This document shows, one piece after another, positions 9,578-18,583 of a stretch of 64,000 bases of DNA. The stretch is from an uncultured Nitrososphaerota archaeon. GTDB taxonomy: Archaea; Thermoproteota; Nitrososphaeria; Nitrososphaerales; CADDZS01. Location of the stretch: positions 384,001-448,000 of the forward strand of contig CAWCYI010000004.1 in the NCBI GenBank assembly GCA_963799845.1, in the 5' to 3' direction. The notes beneath the pieces are model-generated. The model was given only the letters and a program-made list of their open reading frames with translations. It was not told where the DNA came from and made no database searches. Position numbers and translations under genes: made by a program. Positions within the stretch are counted from its first letter, which is position 1. Every line of letters begins with the position of its first letter.

Positions 9578-10110
9578 TCTGAGCTCGGCCTTCTCGACTT
9601 TAGCTCCAATTGTTCAATCTTAGCGTACATCCATTTGCCTAGCGGAAGAGCTTGAAACGAGCTGATAGAAAGCAATCTGCGGAGTACACACGCACGGTTG
9701 CAGAACTCCCCTTAGGGGGGCCCCTCTCTGTATAATAGCTTGAAACGAGTTTTTCAGTCAAAACGTACGCGCGTGCGTAGAACATAGAGAAAATTCAGTT
9801 CTGCAGTGTAAAGCTCTCGAGCAAAGATCTAGTAAATCGGTTAAAATTTCCGGAACATCCTCGAAAACTCGAAAATCCAATACGAAATGATCAACTCGAG
9901 GATTGTCGGAGAACACTTTTGTGCCTCCGTTCAATTCGTTCTGAGCTCTCTAAGCTCCGTTCAGCTTGAAGCGAGTTCTTCTGAGCTTACAGAGGTTGAA
10001 CGTAGCTCTTCGGCCAAAAAGTGCTCACGTGTGTAGAAACGCAGAAAAAAATTCTATATAAGAATCAATGAAAACTGCGATTTAAGGTCTCGAAGGGAAC
10101 TCTTAGCGTT
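9578..10110. repeat. Non-coding locus with clustered degenerate repeats (AGCTTGAAACGAG-type), 11 AGCT sites and alternating purine/pyrimidine tracts
   Basis: Copies at 9649, 9737 and 9963; related half-sites at 9953 (rc) and 9997; RY tracts at 9684, 9763 and 10026. Confidence 0.6.
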
Positions 10111-11775
10111 CTAAGATTCCGCCTTGACGGTGACTGTCACCGGATCTGCCACGGGTTCGACTGTATTATCTTTCTTTGAGATTAACTCGTTTCCGTCCAC
10201 CCACATCATCTTTCGCTGCAATGTGGAGGTGTAAAGCATCTTCCAATCGAGGCCGACCCTGTTCGCCCAGGTCTTGAATACTCTCGGATCAATGTAGTTT
10301 CGAAGAGAAGTATTCAGATTGTAGTCTCTCGTAATCTTCGTTAGCTCGACCTGTTTTTTCATCTTTGCGACCCGCTCGACCAGCTTTGCTTTCTGTTTAT
10401 CGGTCTTACCGTGCATTTGCTCTAATTCCTTCAGTCGTTCCTCCTTCTTTAAGAGAGACTGCTCGAACGTCTTGGGAGGAGTCCTCTTGTGGTTACACTT
10501 TATCGCAGCTTCCAGATTTGCAAGTTTTGCTTGATACAACTTGTCGAAATCCGGAGTATCTTTTTCGAAAGCGTTGTGGTTTTTCAGATAGGATTTGACG
10601 GCGCTCGTGGCGTGATAAGTTCTGAAGACCTTCGCCGTCAGTCCCGGCGAGGCCCTGCTCAGAAACTCGTTGACGTGACGAGACATGATGCCGTCGAAAA
10701 TCAGGTCATCGGGCTTTTTATCCTTACAGAATTGCCTCAAATTTTCAACTGCCGCCCGGTCCTTTGGCTCAATTTCAAGGGTCTTCTGCCACCTGACGTA
10801 GTCTTTGCCGAAAAAGTCGAAATCTACCGCATTTTCCCTGAACTTCAGGTGCTCGACCCTCAGAGTCGAAGCTCCGACAGTGTCAGCCTCGTCTTCGTCT
10901 TTTTCATCTCCGACCCTCATTGCAAGTTTGTCGATGAGGTAGCACGCGGTTGAAATTCTTCTAATCTTTGGATCCTTCGAGCTCATCGACTTCGAGATAA
11001 AGTTCCTAACTCTGTCTATGCCTTTTTCAAGATCCCGGGCTTTGTCGTACTTTCTTTTGTCACGGGCCTGCCTAATGCTGGAGGAATCGTGGAGCCAGAC
11101 GTACTTGACTTTCTCCGACAGCTTGTCTGTCCAACATGCAATCCACATACAATCCGGGGCATTAATGATCTTCCACTTACCGGGAGGGATAACAGCTGTC
11201 TTGTCCAAGTTGAGGGTAATGTCTTCCTCCTGAATTCCAAGTTTCCAGCGCCCTCTCATAGGATGCTGCCCCCGCCCCATGAATAGACCGGGCGGCTCGA
11301 CCACCCAGTTTGCGATTTCTGTCTTCACACCGTCAACCGTCGCATAACCAAATTTCTCCTTTAGTTCGAGTCTCCTCTTCTTACGTTCCGCCGCAAGAGC
11401 CTTCTTTTGTTCTTTCGTAAGCTCGACTTTTTCGGGGAGCGTCGGAAAGATGATGTCAGAAATCTTCGCCTCTTTGAATTTCTCGGGGAAGAGTTTCACG
11501 AAATCTGAGAGAAAATTGGTCTGAAAAATTGGATCTTCGACGTATGGTGTCCCGATCTTCTTGGACCATGCCACCGCCATCTCTTCCTGGGCCGGGGTCA
11601 TGGTCAGAGGCTCTCCCTTGATCGTAATCCGATTAGTGCGTGGGTCAGATCGATAACGTTCTGGAAAGCTCACTCCAGAATGAGACAAGCTGGACCAATG
11701 TTTTTTCTTTAGCTTTGGCTTTTCGTTTTCTTCCTCGTCGGGAGATTCTTCCTCGACTTGCTCAGTTTGGGACAT
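10111..11775 (-). CDS. DNA topoisomerase IB (eukaryote-like)
   Basis: VEPPGLFMGRGQHP, AMRVGDEKD, FDFFGKD, TAKVFRTY, CNHKR, catalytic Tyr in TSLRNYIDPR. Confidence 0.96.
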   Translation of the reverse strand: MSQTEQVEEESPDEEENEKPKLKKKHWSSLSHSGVSFPERYRSDPRTNRITIKGEPLTMTPAQEEMAVAWSKKIGTPYVEDPIFQTNFLSDFVKLFPEKFKEAKISDIIFPTLPEKVELTKEQKKALAAERKKRRLELKEKFGYATVDGVKTEIANWVVEPPGLFMGRGQHPMRGRWKLGIQEEDITLNLDKTAVIPPGKWKIINAPDCMWIACWTDKLSEKVKYVWLHDSSSIRQARDKRKYDKARDLEKGIDRVRNFISKSMSSKDPKIRRISTACYLIDKLAMRVGDEKDEDEADTVGASTLRVEHLKFRENAVDFDFFGKDYVRWQKTLEIEPKDRAAVENLRQFCKDKKPDDLIFDGIMSRHVNEFLSRASPGLTAKVFRTYHATSAVKSYLKNHNAFEKDTPDFDKLYQAKLANLEAAIKCNHKRTPPKTFEQSLLKKEERLKELEQMHGKTDKQKAKLVERVAKMKKQVELTKITRDYNLNTSLRNYIDPRVFKTWANRVGLDWKMLYTSTLQRKMMWVDGNELISKKDNTVEPVADPVTVTVKAES

Positions 11776-12035
11776 AATTGTATTAGCTCCATTATCAAAG
11801 TGATTGTAATAGCTGCTGAAAATTTGCCAGAATGATATCTTGTGCGCTCCTCATTCATAAAAATTGTGCATGCTGTGTCAAAGTCCGCAGAAACCTCCTC
11901 AGGCCAAGTTTGATCCTACCATCATTTGGTGGATTTTGAGAAATGAGACGGGTCGATGAACTCCGGCCCCTTTCTCATCAATTCCCCTTAAATCTCCGCT
12001 TTTCAAGACGGTCATCGTTAAGTGATCTTTGGCCA

Positions 12036-13286
12036 TTGAGCAAAATTAAGGATAAATCGCTTGCTGCGGCTGGGCGCTTGAAAATAGAGTGGGCAGAATC
12101 GCGGATGCCCGTTCTGATGAAATTGAGATCCTTGAACTCCAAGAAGAAATCGCTTGAGGGAATCAAAATCGCCGGATGTCTTCATGTAACCAAGGAGACT
12201 GCCGTCCTCGTAGAGACATTCAAGGAGGCGGGTGCTGAAGTCTCATGGTCGGGTTGCAACCCATTATCGACCCAGGACGATGTGGCGGCTGCTCTTGACG
12301 CGAACGGAGTCGATATTTTCGCCTGGCGCGGATTATCGTCGGACGATTATTACCGGTGCATCGAACAGACCCTCAGGCTGAAACCTGAATTCACACTGGA
12401 CGACGGCGCGGATCTTATCTTTACGGTGCACACCAAGCATCCGGAGTACCTGCCTGGATTAAAGGGTGGAACCGAAGAAACGACCACGGGCATCCACCGG
12501 ATTAGGGCAATGGCAAAAGAAGGCAAGCTCAGGTATCCCATCATAGCGGTGAACGATGCCGAAACGAAATCAGATTTCGACAACGTGTACGGCACTGGGC
12601 AGAGCGCCATCGACGGCGTGATCAGAGCGACAAATGTGCTTTTCGCAGGGAAAAATGTTGTGATTGCTGGCTATGGTCACTGTGGTAGAGGATTAACGTC
12701 GAGAGCGAGAGGCTTCGGGGCAAATGTTATCGTGACGGAAGTCGATCCGATCAAGGCCCTCCGTGCGAGGATGGACGGGTTTGAGGTAATGCCGATGAGC
12801 GTCGCATCTAAATTAGGTGATGTATTCATCACGGCTACCGGGAACAAGAATGTAATTTCAAGGGCTCATTTTTCGAAGATGAAAGACGGAGCGATTCTTG
12901 CCAACGCTGGTCACTTCAACGTCGAAGTCGCCGCATCAGATCTTGAAACGTTTGCGAAGAAACGGAGAGAAATGCGACCAGACAACGTCGAGTATACGCT
13001 GCCTAACGGAAATAGAATCTATCTTCTTGCAGAGGGTCGACTCGTCAATCTCGCTGCCGCGGAAGGGCATCCCAGCGAGGTGATGGATATGAGTTTTGCA
13101 AATCAGTTCCTTTCTATCCTGCGGCTCGTCAAGGAAGGCAAGGGAATGAAGCCTGATGTCCACGAGATTTCGAGGTCTCAGGACGAACATGTCGCGAGGT
13201 TAAAACTGGAAAGTATGGGGATCGAGATTGACAAGCTGACCGAAGATCAGACAAAATACTTGGCTGGTTGGGAAGAAGGTACTTGA
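12036..13286 (+). CDS. ahcY: Adenosylhomocysteinase
   Basis: GCLHVT, CNPLSTQD, EETTTG, FDNVYGTGQS, AEGHPSEVMDMSF; TTG start at 12036 is likely. Confidence 0.96.
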   Translation: MSKIKDKSLAAAGRLKIEWAESRMPVLMKLRSLNSKKKSLEGIKIAGCLHVTKETAVLVETFKEAGAEVSWSGCNPLSTQDDVAAALDANGVDIFAWRGLSSDDYYRCIEQTLRLKPEFTLDDGADLIFTVHTKHPEYLPGLKGGTEETTTGIHRIRAMAKEGKLRYPIIAVNDAETKSDFDNVYGTGQSAIDGVIRATNVLFAGKNVVIAGYGHCGRGLTSRARGFGANVIVTEVDPIKALRARMDGFEVMPMSVASKLGDVFITATGNKNVISRAHFSKMKDGAILANAGHFNVEVAASDLETFAKKRREMRPDNVEYTLPNGNRIYLLAEGRLVNLAAAEGHPSEVMDMSFANQFLSILRLVKEGKGMKPDVHEISRSQDEHVARLKLESMGIEIDKLTEDQTKYLAGWEEGT

Positions 13287-13339
13287 TTTCGCCAAGGTGA
13301 AATCTTTAGTTAATCCCTCTGCAATAAAGTTCTTGATTG

Positions 13340-13813
13340 TTAACCCGCGATCTTTTCCGTTTCTCTGGAAATCGTCGAGTAATCGGGTTCTACTCCAGGA
13401 TTCTCTGAAACCCATTTGAAACGGACGATGAGATCCTTGTCTAGGATATACACCGCCCTTTTCGAAGCCGTGTACCCCTTGATTCCAGAAAAGTTTTCGT
13501 GGTAATTTCCAAACGCTTTCACTGCGTGGCGATTAAAGTCGCTCAGCAAGGTAAAATTGAGGTTATTGGCACTCTTGAACGCCTTATTTGCGAAAGGCCC
13601 ATCTACGCTGATGCCGACGACATTTGCATTCAATTTGTTGTATTCAGCCAAAGAATCTCTCATCGTGCACATTTCTTTCGTGCAAACACCCGTAAACGCA
13701 CCAGGGTAGAATAGTAGAACTGTCGGCTTGCCTCTGAAGCTTGAAATTTTTACTGGGGCCTTTTCTGTATCAACGAGCTCTACTTCCGGAGCTTTGTCTC
13801 CAACTTCAACCAT
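13340..13813 (-). CDS. Peroxiredoxin (BCP/AhpE-like)
   Basis: FYPGAFTGVCTKEMC. Confidence 0.93.
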   Translation of the reverse strand: MVEVGDKAPEVELVDTEKAPVKISSFRGKPTVLLFYPGAFTGVCTKEMCTMRDSLAEYNKLNANVVGISVDGPFANKAFKSANNLNFTLLSDFNRHAVKAFGNYHENFSGIKGYTASKRAVYILDKDLIVRFKWVSENPGVEPDYSTISRETEKIAG

Positions 13814-13924
13814 ATCTATTCACACTATAGAATTCCATTCGACTAGAATTGCTATTAATTGTTGTCATCTTATCCCGCAGGATTTCGGGAGAGTCCAGAA
13901 GTTCGGAATGGGAATATGGTGTTA

Positions 13925-14125
13925 CTAGTTCAGAGCCGCATCTAGAAAAGCAGAGTGCTTTATCCACGCACCTTCAAGCGAATCGAGCATCTTTTCTCTG
14001 CACTTGTCGCAAATGAACTCATCACCCATCTTGTTTTCCACAGTCGGGTTGGACAGTACTGTCCCACAACCAAGACACTCAGCCGCATTCTGACTTTTCA
14101 GGTCCTTCGTTTCGTTTGGCATCAT
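13925..14125 (-). CDS. Small CxxC...CxxC zinc-finger protein
   Basis: CLGC-x18-CDKC; co-oriented with neighbours. Confidence 0.6.
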   Translation of the reverse strand: MMPNETKDLKSQNAAECLGCGTVLSNPTVENKMGDEFICDKCREKMLDSLEGAWIKHSAFLDAALN

Positions 14126-14154
14126 TTTTCCAGCTTAGGTTTTTGAATCCAATT

Positions 14155-14568
14155 TCAACCTGCGGATTTCTTTAATTTATCAAGTGTCTCGATGTACTTC
14201 GAGATCAAATCTAGGAGCTTTGCCTGTTCAGCAAGATCTGAAGCGGAATCTAGCTGCTTCGAAACAGTGTTCAGCTTTTCTTCAAGCAGTCTACGAAGGG
14301 AATCCGAACTCTGAGAAATTTGGGGAGAAGTTGTCGATGGTTTTTCTTCATTTTTCGTTCCGGGCCTGTTTTGCGTCTGCGGCGTTTCAGCGCCATCGGT
14401 AGAGTTCAGAATCGAACTGAGGTCGTCTTCACTAGTGCAATATATCCTACCTTTGTATCTAATTTGAACGGCCCCGCATCGTGGACATGGCTCCTGAAGA
14501 ATTGCCGCGCCCCTCATAATGAGTTGTGCGGTTGTAACCATTTTAGACTTGTTTTGAACTTGGGACAA
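14155..14568 (-). CDS. UPF0148 / Sjogren autoantigen-p27-like zinc-ribbon protein
   Basis: AQLIMRGAAILQEPCPRCG...GRIYC and a C-terminal coiled coil. Confidence 0.8.
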   Translation of the reverse strand: MSQVQNKSKMVTTAQLIMRGAAILQEPCPRCGAVQIRYKGRIYCTSEDDLSSILNSTDGAETPQTQNRPGTKNEEKPSTTSPQISQSSDSLRRLLEEKLNTVSKQLDSASDLAEQAKLLDLISKYIETLDKLKKSAG

Positions 14569-14643
14569 ACTTCTTTCATTTGGGTAAACTCCACTATTTT
14601 TCCGTTAGCTTCGGAACTGGGGTCCGGCGGTTAATTGTGCCAG

Positions 14644-14720
14644 TTATTCAGCAGTCTACGTTTGCAATCTGAATAAATCTAGACGCAATCAGAATAAAGT
14701 TGAAAGTGAGTATCAGATTG
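14644..14720. promoter_or_regulatory. Candidate operator: direct and inverted GCAATC(T/A)GAATAAA repeats
   Basis: 14664-14677 and 14685-14698 (21-bp period), with partial inverted copies at 14644 and 14711. Confidence 0.45.
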
Positions 14721-14775
14721 GGAAAGAGCTAACCAGAATCCTTCATATATCGAACAGAATCTGTTCCTCAAAAGA

Positions 14776-15210
14776 ATGCGTCGACCAGTTACAGACATTG
14801 CCTTGCTCTCGTACATCGCGAAGAAAAATGCGAAAGTTGTGAGCTACACAGAGGCAACCAAGGCATGCAAGAGCAGCAGCTCCGCCAGCAGGGCGCTTCA
14901 TCAACTGATCGGTGAAGGGATTCTCGAGCCCAAACCAAAGTTGCTTGGCCTGCGATATGTCACGCAGTACGTCGTGACGCAAAAGGGCGAGCAAGTCGCG
15001 GATCTCGCCCTTCAATTAACTCAGCTCAGGGAAGCTGCCTTTAAGATGAGCGCTGCTCAGGTCAAGTTGGAAGATAGTGACGCACATCCGACAAAGGCGG
15101 TATCTCAGCTCGAAAAATCGAGGGGTGAAGAGAAAAAGGCCGCAAGAGAAGAACGCGTCGATTGGATTGACAGATCCCGCGACCGGGGAATGAAATTATT
15201 TCTTATTTAG
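14776..15210 (+). CDS. Winged-helix DNA-binding protein
   Basis: SSSASRALHQLIGEGILE...YVVTQKGEQVA pattern. Confidence 0.65.
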   Translation: MRRPVTDIALLSYIAKKNAKVVSYTEATKACKSSSSASRALHQLIGEGILEPKPKLLGLRYVTQYVVTQKGEQVADLALQLTQLREAAFKMSAAQVKLEDSDAHPTKAVSQLEKSRGEEKKAAREERVDWIDRSRDRGMKLFLI

Positions 15211-17917
15211 ACCGTGTTTTGACCGTTCTCTGAAGAACATAGTCGAGGATGCCGCCGCTCTCATCGTACTCTCTTTCCACCAATGAATCCAGTCTGACTC
15301 TGAGATTCGCTTCGACCTTTTCTCCGCTTTTTCTCGAAACAATCAGTCTTGCTTTTGAGCCCTTGTCTGATATTTGCTCCAGTCCTCTAACGGAGTAAGT
15401 CTCGCTGCCATCGAGCGCCAAAGTCTTTGCATTTTCTGCCAGTTCAAATTGCAGCGGTAAGACTCCCATGCCGATCAAGTTGCTCCTGTGTATCCTCTCG
15501 AAACTCTCGGCGACGACTGCCTTTACCCCCAGAAGTTTTTGTCCTTTGGCAGCCCAATCTCTGGAACTTCCCGTTCCGAATCCTTTGCCGGCAATTACTA
15601 GGAGTGGTGTATTTTCCCTCTTGTACTTCATCGCGGCGTCGTACACCGACATCGTTTCTCCATCGGGATAGTGTTTTGTAATCGATCCTTCAACCCCACC
15701 CACCATGAGATTTTTGATCCTCGGATTTGCAAACGTTCCTCTAATCATGACTTCGTGATTTCCCCTCCTTGATCCGTAGGTATTGAAGTCGTCCTCAGAG
15801 ACCCCCTTTGATAAGAGAAACTTTCCCGCTGCCGATTTCGGGCTAATAGCGCCCGCTGGCGAAATATGGTCCGTGGTAACATAATCGCCCAAGATCAAAA
15901 GAGGCCTTGCTTCTAAAATGTCCGCATTAATTCGTTCTCCCATAGTGAGCCTTTGCGGATAGTCTTCGAAATACGGAGGCTGCTGGATGTAGGTACTCTT
16001 CTTGTCCCAGCTGTACCGGAGACCTGTCGGTGCGTTCAATTTGTTCCATTCGGAGTTTTGATCGTAGACCTGAGCATACTTTGAATGGAACATCCCGGTA
16101 CTGATTATGGTCTCGTATTCCATCACCTGACGATGTGATGGCCAAAGATCCTTAAGGTAAACCGGATGGCCGTCTTTATCATTGCCGACGGGTTCTTTTG
16201 TCAGGTCGATTCTCATGTTACCCGCAAGTGCGTAAGCTATCACGAGAGGTGGAGACATCAGGAAATTCGCCCTAACATCCTGGTGAATTCTTGCTTCAAA
16301 GTTCCTGTTACCAGATAGGACGGCGGCAGTCGTCAGGTTATTTTCCCTAATTGCCCTGGTCACAGGCTCCGGAAGAGGGCCGCTGTTTCCGATACAAGTG
16401 GTGCACCCGTAGCCAACGATTCCAAAACCAAGCTCCTCCAAGTACGGCAATAATCCCATCGCCTTCAGATATTCTGTGACGACCATAGAACCAGGGGCCA
16501 TACTCGTCTTCGCCACATCTCGAACGTTCAGCCCTAATTCGACTGCTCGCTTTGCCAAAAGCCCTGCGGCAATCATCACGTCGGGGTTGCTAGTATTCGT
16601 GCAACTGGTTATTGCGGCAATGACTACATCGCCGTCGGAAAGCGGGAAGCGTTTTCCCTCAAGAGTGACATTGATCGGGGTCCTCTTTTCACTTTCTTTC
16701 AGTGAAGGAAACGCCTCAATGAGGTGTTTTCCAACATTCGCTAATGAAATTCGATCGTGAGGCAGAGTCGGCCCCGCGACGCTTGACTCTATCTGCGATA
16801 GATCAATGTTTACAACCGTCGAATAATCGATCTGTCCATCGGCCGGCACCCCGAACATCTGCTGTGCCTCATAATACTTCCTCACAATTTCAACGTGCGA
16901 CTCCGTCCGTCCAGTCAGTGTTAGATAATGTAGTGTTTCCTCGTCCACAGGAAAAAGGGAGGCCGTTGCCCCAAATTCCGGAGTCATGTTCGAAATTGTA
17001 GCTCTGCCCGCAACGGTCAGCGCTTTCACCCCTTCTCCAAAAAATTCCACGAATGCATCAACTACACCCAGGTTTCGGAGGGTCTGAGTGATTGTCAGGA
17101 CAACATCAGTTGCGGTTACGCCCTCTCGCAGTTCACCTGAAAGGTGGACACCCACTACCCGCGGCGTGACAAATGTAACTGGCTGACCTAAGAGAGCAGC
17201 TTCTGCTTCGATGCCTCCGACTCCCCAGCCCAGAACTCCGAGCCCGTTGATCATTGGAGTATGCGAATCTGTACCCACCAGAGTGTCAGGAAACGCGAGT
17301 GACTTGTTTTCGCCGAGATCCTTCACCATGGCGACGGTTGCGAGAAATTCCAAATTTACTTGGTGACATATCCCGGTGTCCGGCGGCACCAGCTTCAATT
17401 TGTTGAATGCCTGCTGCGCCCACTTTAGGAATTCGTATCTCTCTTTGTTTCGTTCGATCTCCTTCTCAGCGTTTATCTGGAATGCATACTGATTCCGAAA
17501 GGCGTCAACCTGGATAGAGTGATCGATGATCAGGTCTATGGGCACCTCGGGCTCTATGATCTTGGAGTCGAGTTTCATCGTTACAACAGCGTCCCTCATT
17601 GCTGCGAGATCGACGAGGGCCGGCACGCCCGTCAAGTCCTGCATCAATACTCTACCTACTTTGAAGGGAATTTCTCGATCTGCAGGTTTGGACGCGTTCC
17701 AAGAAGCAAGGGCGAGAATGTCAGAATCAGTTATAGCTTTTCCATCTTTGTTTCGAACGAGAGACTCTAACAGAATCCTGATTGAAATTGGCAAGCGAGC
17801 AATGTTTACTTGCGAGCCCAAAGTTTTTTGCAGTGCAGGAAGGGAATAGTATTGAATCGTTTTTCCGGATGAAGTTGCAAATTCGTCGACTGCACTTACA
17901 AGTCTAGAGTTAGACAA
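15203..17917 (-). CDS. acnA: Aconitate hydratase A
   Basis: DHSIQVD, GICHQVNLE, GTDSHT, ITSCTNTSN, GYGCTTCIGN, TTDHISP, GSSRDWAAKG. Confidence 0.97.
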   Translation of the reverse strand: MSNSRLVSAVDEFATSSGKTIQYYSLPALQKTLGSQVNIARLPISIRILLESLVRNKDGKAITDSDILALASWNASKPADREIPFKVGRVLMQDLTGVPALVDLAAMRDAVVTMKLDSKIIEPEVPIDLIIDHSIQVDAFRNQYAFQINAEKEIERNKERYEFLKWAQQAFNKLKLVPPDTGICHQVNLEFLATVAMVKDLGENKSLAFPDTLVGTDSHTPMINGLGVLGWGVGGIEAEAALLGQPVTFVTPRVVGVHLSGELREGVTATDVVLTITQTLRNLGVVDAFVEFFGEGVKALTVAGRATISNMTPEFGATASLFPVDEETLHYLTLTGRTESHVEIVRKYYEAQQMFGVPADGQIDYSTVVNIDLSQIESSVAGPTLPHDRISLANVGKHLIEAFPSLKESEKRTPINVTLEGKRFPLSDGDVVIAAITSCTNTSNPDVMIAAGLLAKRAVELGLNVRDVAKTSMAPGSMVVTEYLKAMGLLPYLEELGFGIVGYGCTTCIGNSGPLPEPVTRAIRENNLTTAAVLSGNRNFEARIHQDVRANFLMSPPLVIAYALAGNMRIDLTKEPVGNDKDGHPVYLKDLWPSHRQVMEYETIISTGMFHSKYAQVYDQNSEWNKLNAPTGLRYSWDKKSTYIQQPPYFEDYPQRLTMGERINADILEARPLLILGDYVTTDHISPAGAISPKSAAGKFLLSKGVSEDDFNTYGSRRGNHEVMIRGTFANPRIKNLMVGGVEGSITKHYPDGETMSVYDAAMKYKRENTPLLVIAGKGFGTGSSRDWAAKGQKLLGVKAVVAESFERIHRSNLIGMGVLPLQFELAENAKTLALDGSETYSVRGLEQISDKGSKARLIVSRKSGEKVEANLRVRLDSLVEREYDESGGILDYVLQRTVKTRSK

Positions 17918-18026
17918 TGTTTAGGCACGACCAAATGAACTATGGTCGATTCTCGATATTTCAGTGTTGCCGGCTCAGTTTGGCCGCTTGAAACGAGTGA
18001 ACTAGGGAGTTCTTTTCCCTCGAAAT

Positions 18027-18440
18027 CTACGCTTTGATTAGTTCGACATTATTTTGAAATAATTCCGTTAACGCAGCAAAAATTTCGCGCAGGTTTGCTG
18101 TAGCTTCGAAAGTGGCTGCAATCATCAATTCTTTTTCAGCATCAACGGGGAAAATAATCGCATTAAATTTCTCTCTTCCTATCACTATGTACTTGGTTTT
18201 CGTCCTGACGTCGTCTTATCGCGTCATAGCCTTGAATGCAAGCATGCCCCAGTGTCCCACCATCTCCCCGGTGCGTTGACCCAGAGCGCCTAACTTGTTC
18301 TCCATTTCCTTTTTCTCAGCTTCAGCCAGAATCGCTCCACTCGGATTATTCCAAAGAATGCAAGAATAGATTCTTGAATCTAGGTTGACAATACTATTTG
18401 CGATTAAATCGTATCTTCGATTGTCAGATTCAAGAGGCAG
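18027..18440 (-). pseudogene. Roadblock/profilin-like thaumarchaeal family protein (DUF6659-like) with an in-frame TAA at 18216-18218; not in the ORF track
   Basis: Translation ...IANSIVNLDSRIYSCILWNNPSGAILAE...MTR*DDVRTKTKYIVIGREKFNAIIFPV...; TATA-like TATTAAAG upstream. Confidence 0.55.
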
Positions 18441-18583
18441 TTAGTTAGGCTACATACTGGTCATTTCGACTTTAATATCAGAATGGAGTCATGGTCTATC
18501 CCAGACATTACGAAACGTGCTCACATATCCTTGAAATGGTAAATCACGGGTGAGCCGGATAGACTTTCTGTGGCTTTCCTCAA

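Noticed and set aside
9578-10110. CRISPR array or classical ORB origin
   Set aside because: The repeats are short, irregularly spaced and in both orientations, with no cas or cdc6 gene and no clear ORB consensus.
11776-12035. SAH riboswitch upstream of ahcY (GAGGAGCGC-like stretch)
   Set aside because: The match is on the wrong strand for ahcY, and the rest of the consensus is missing.
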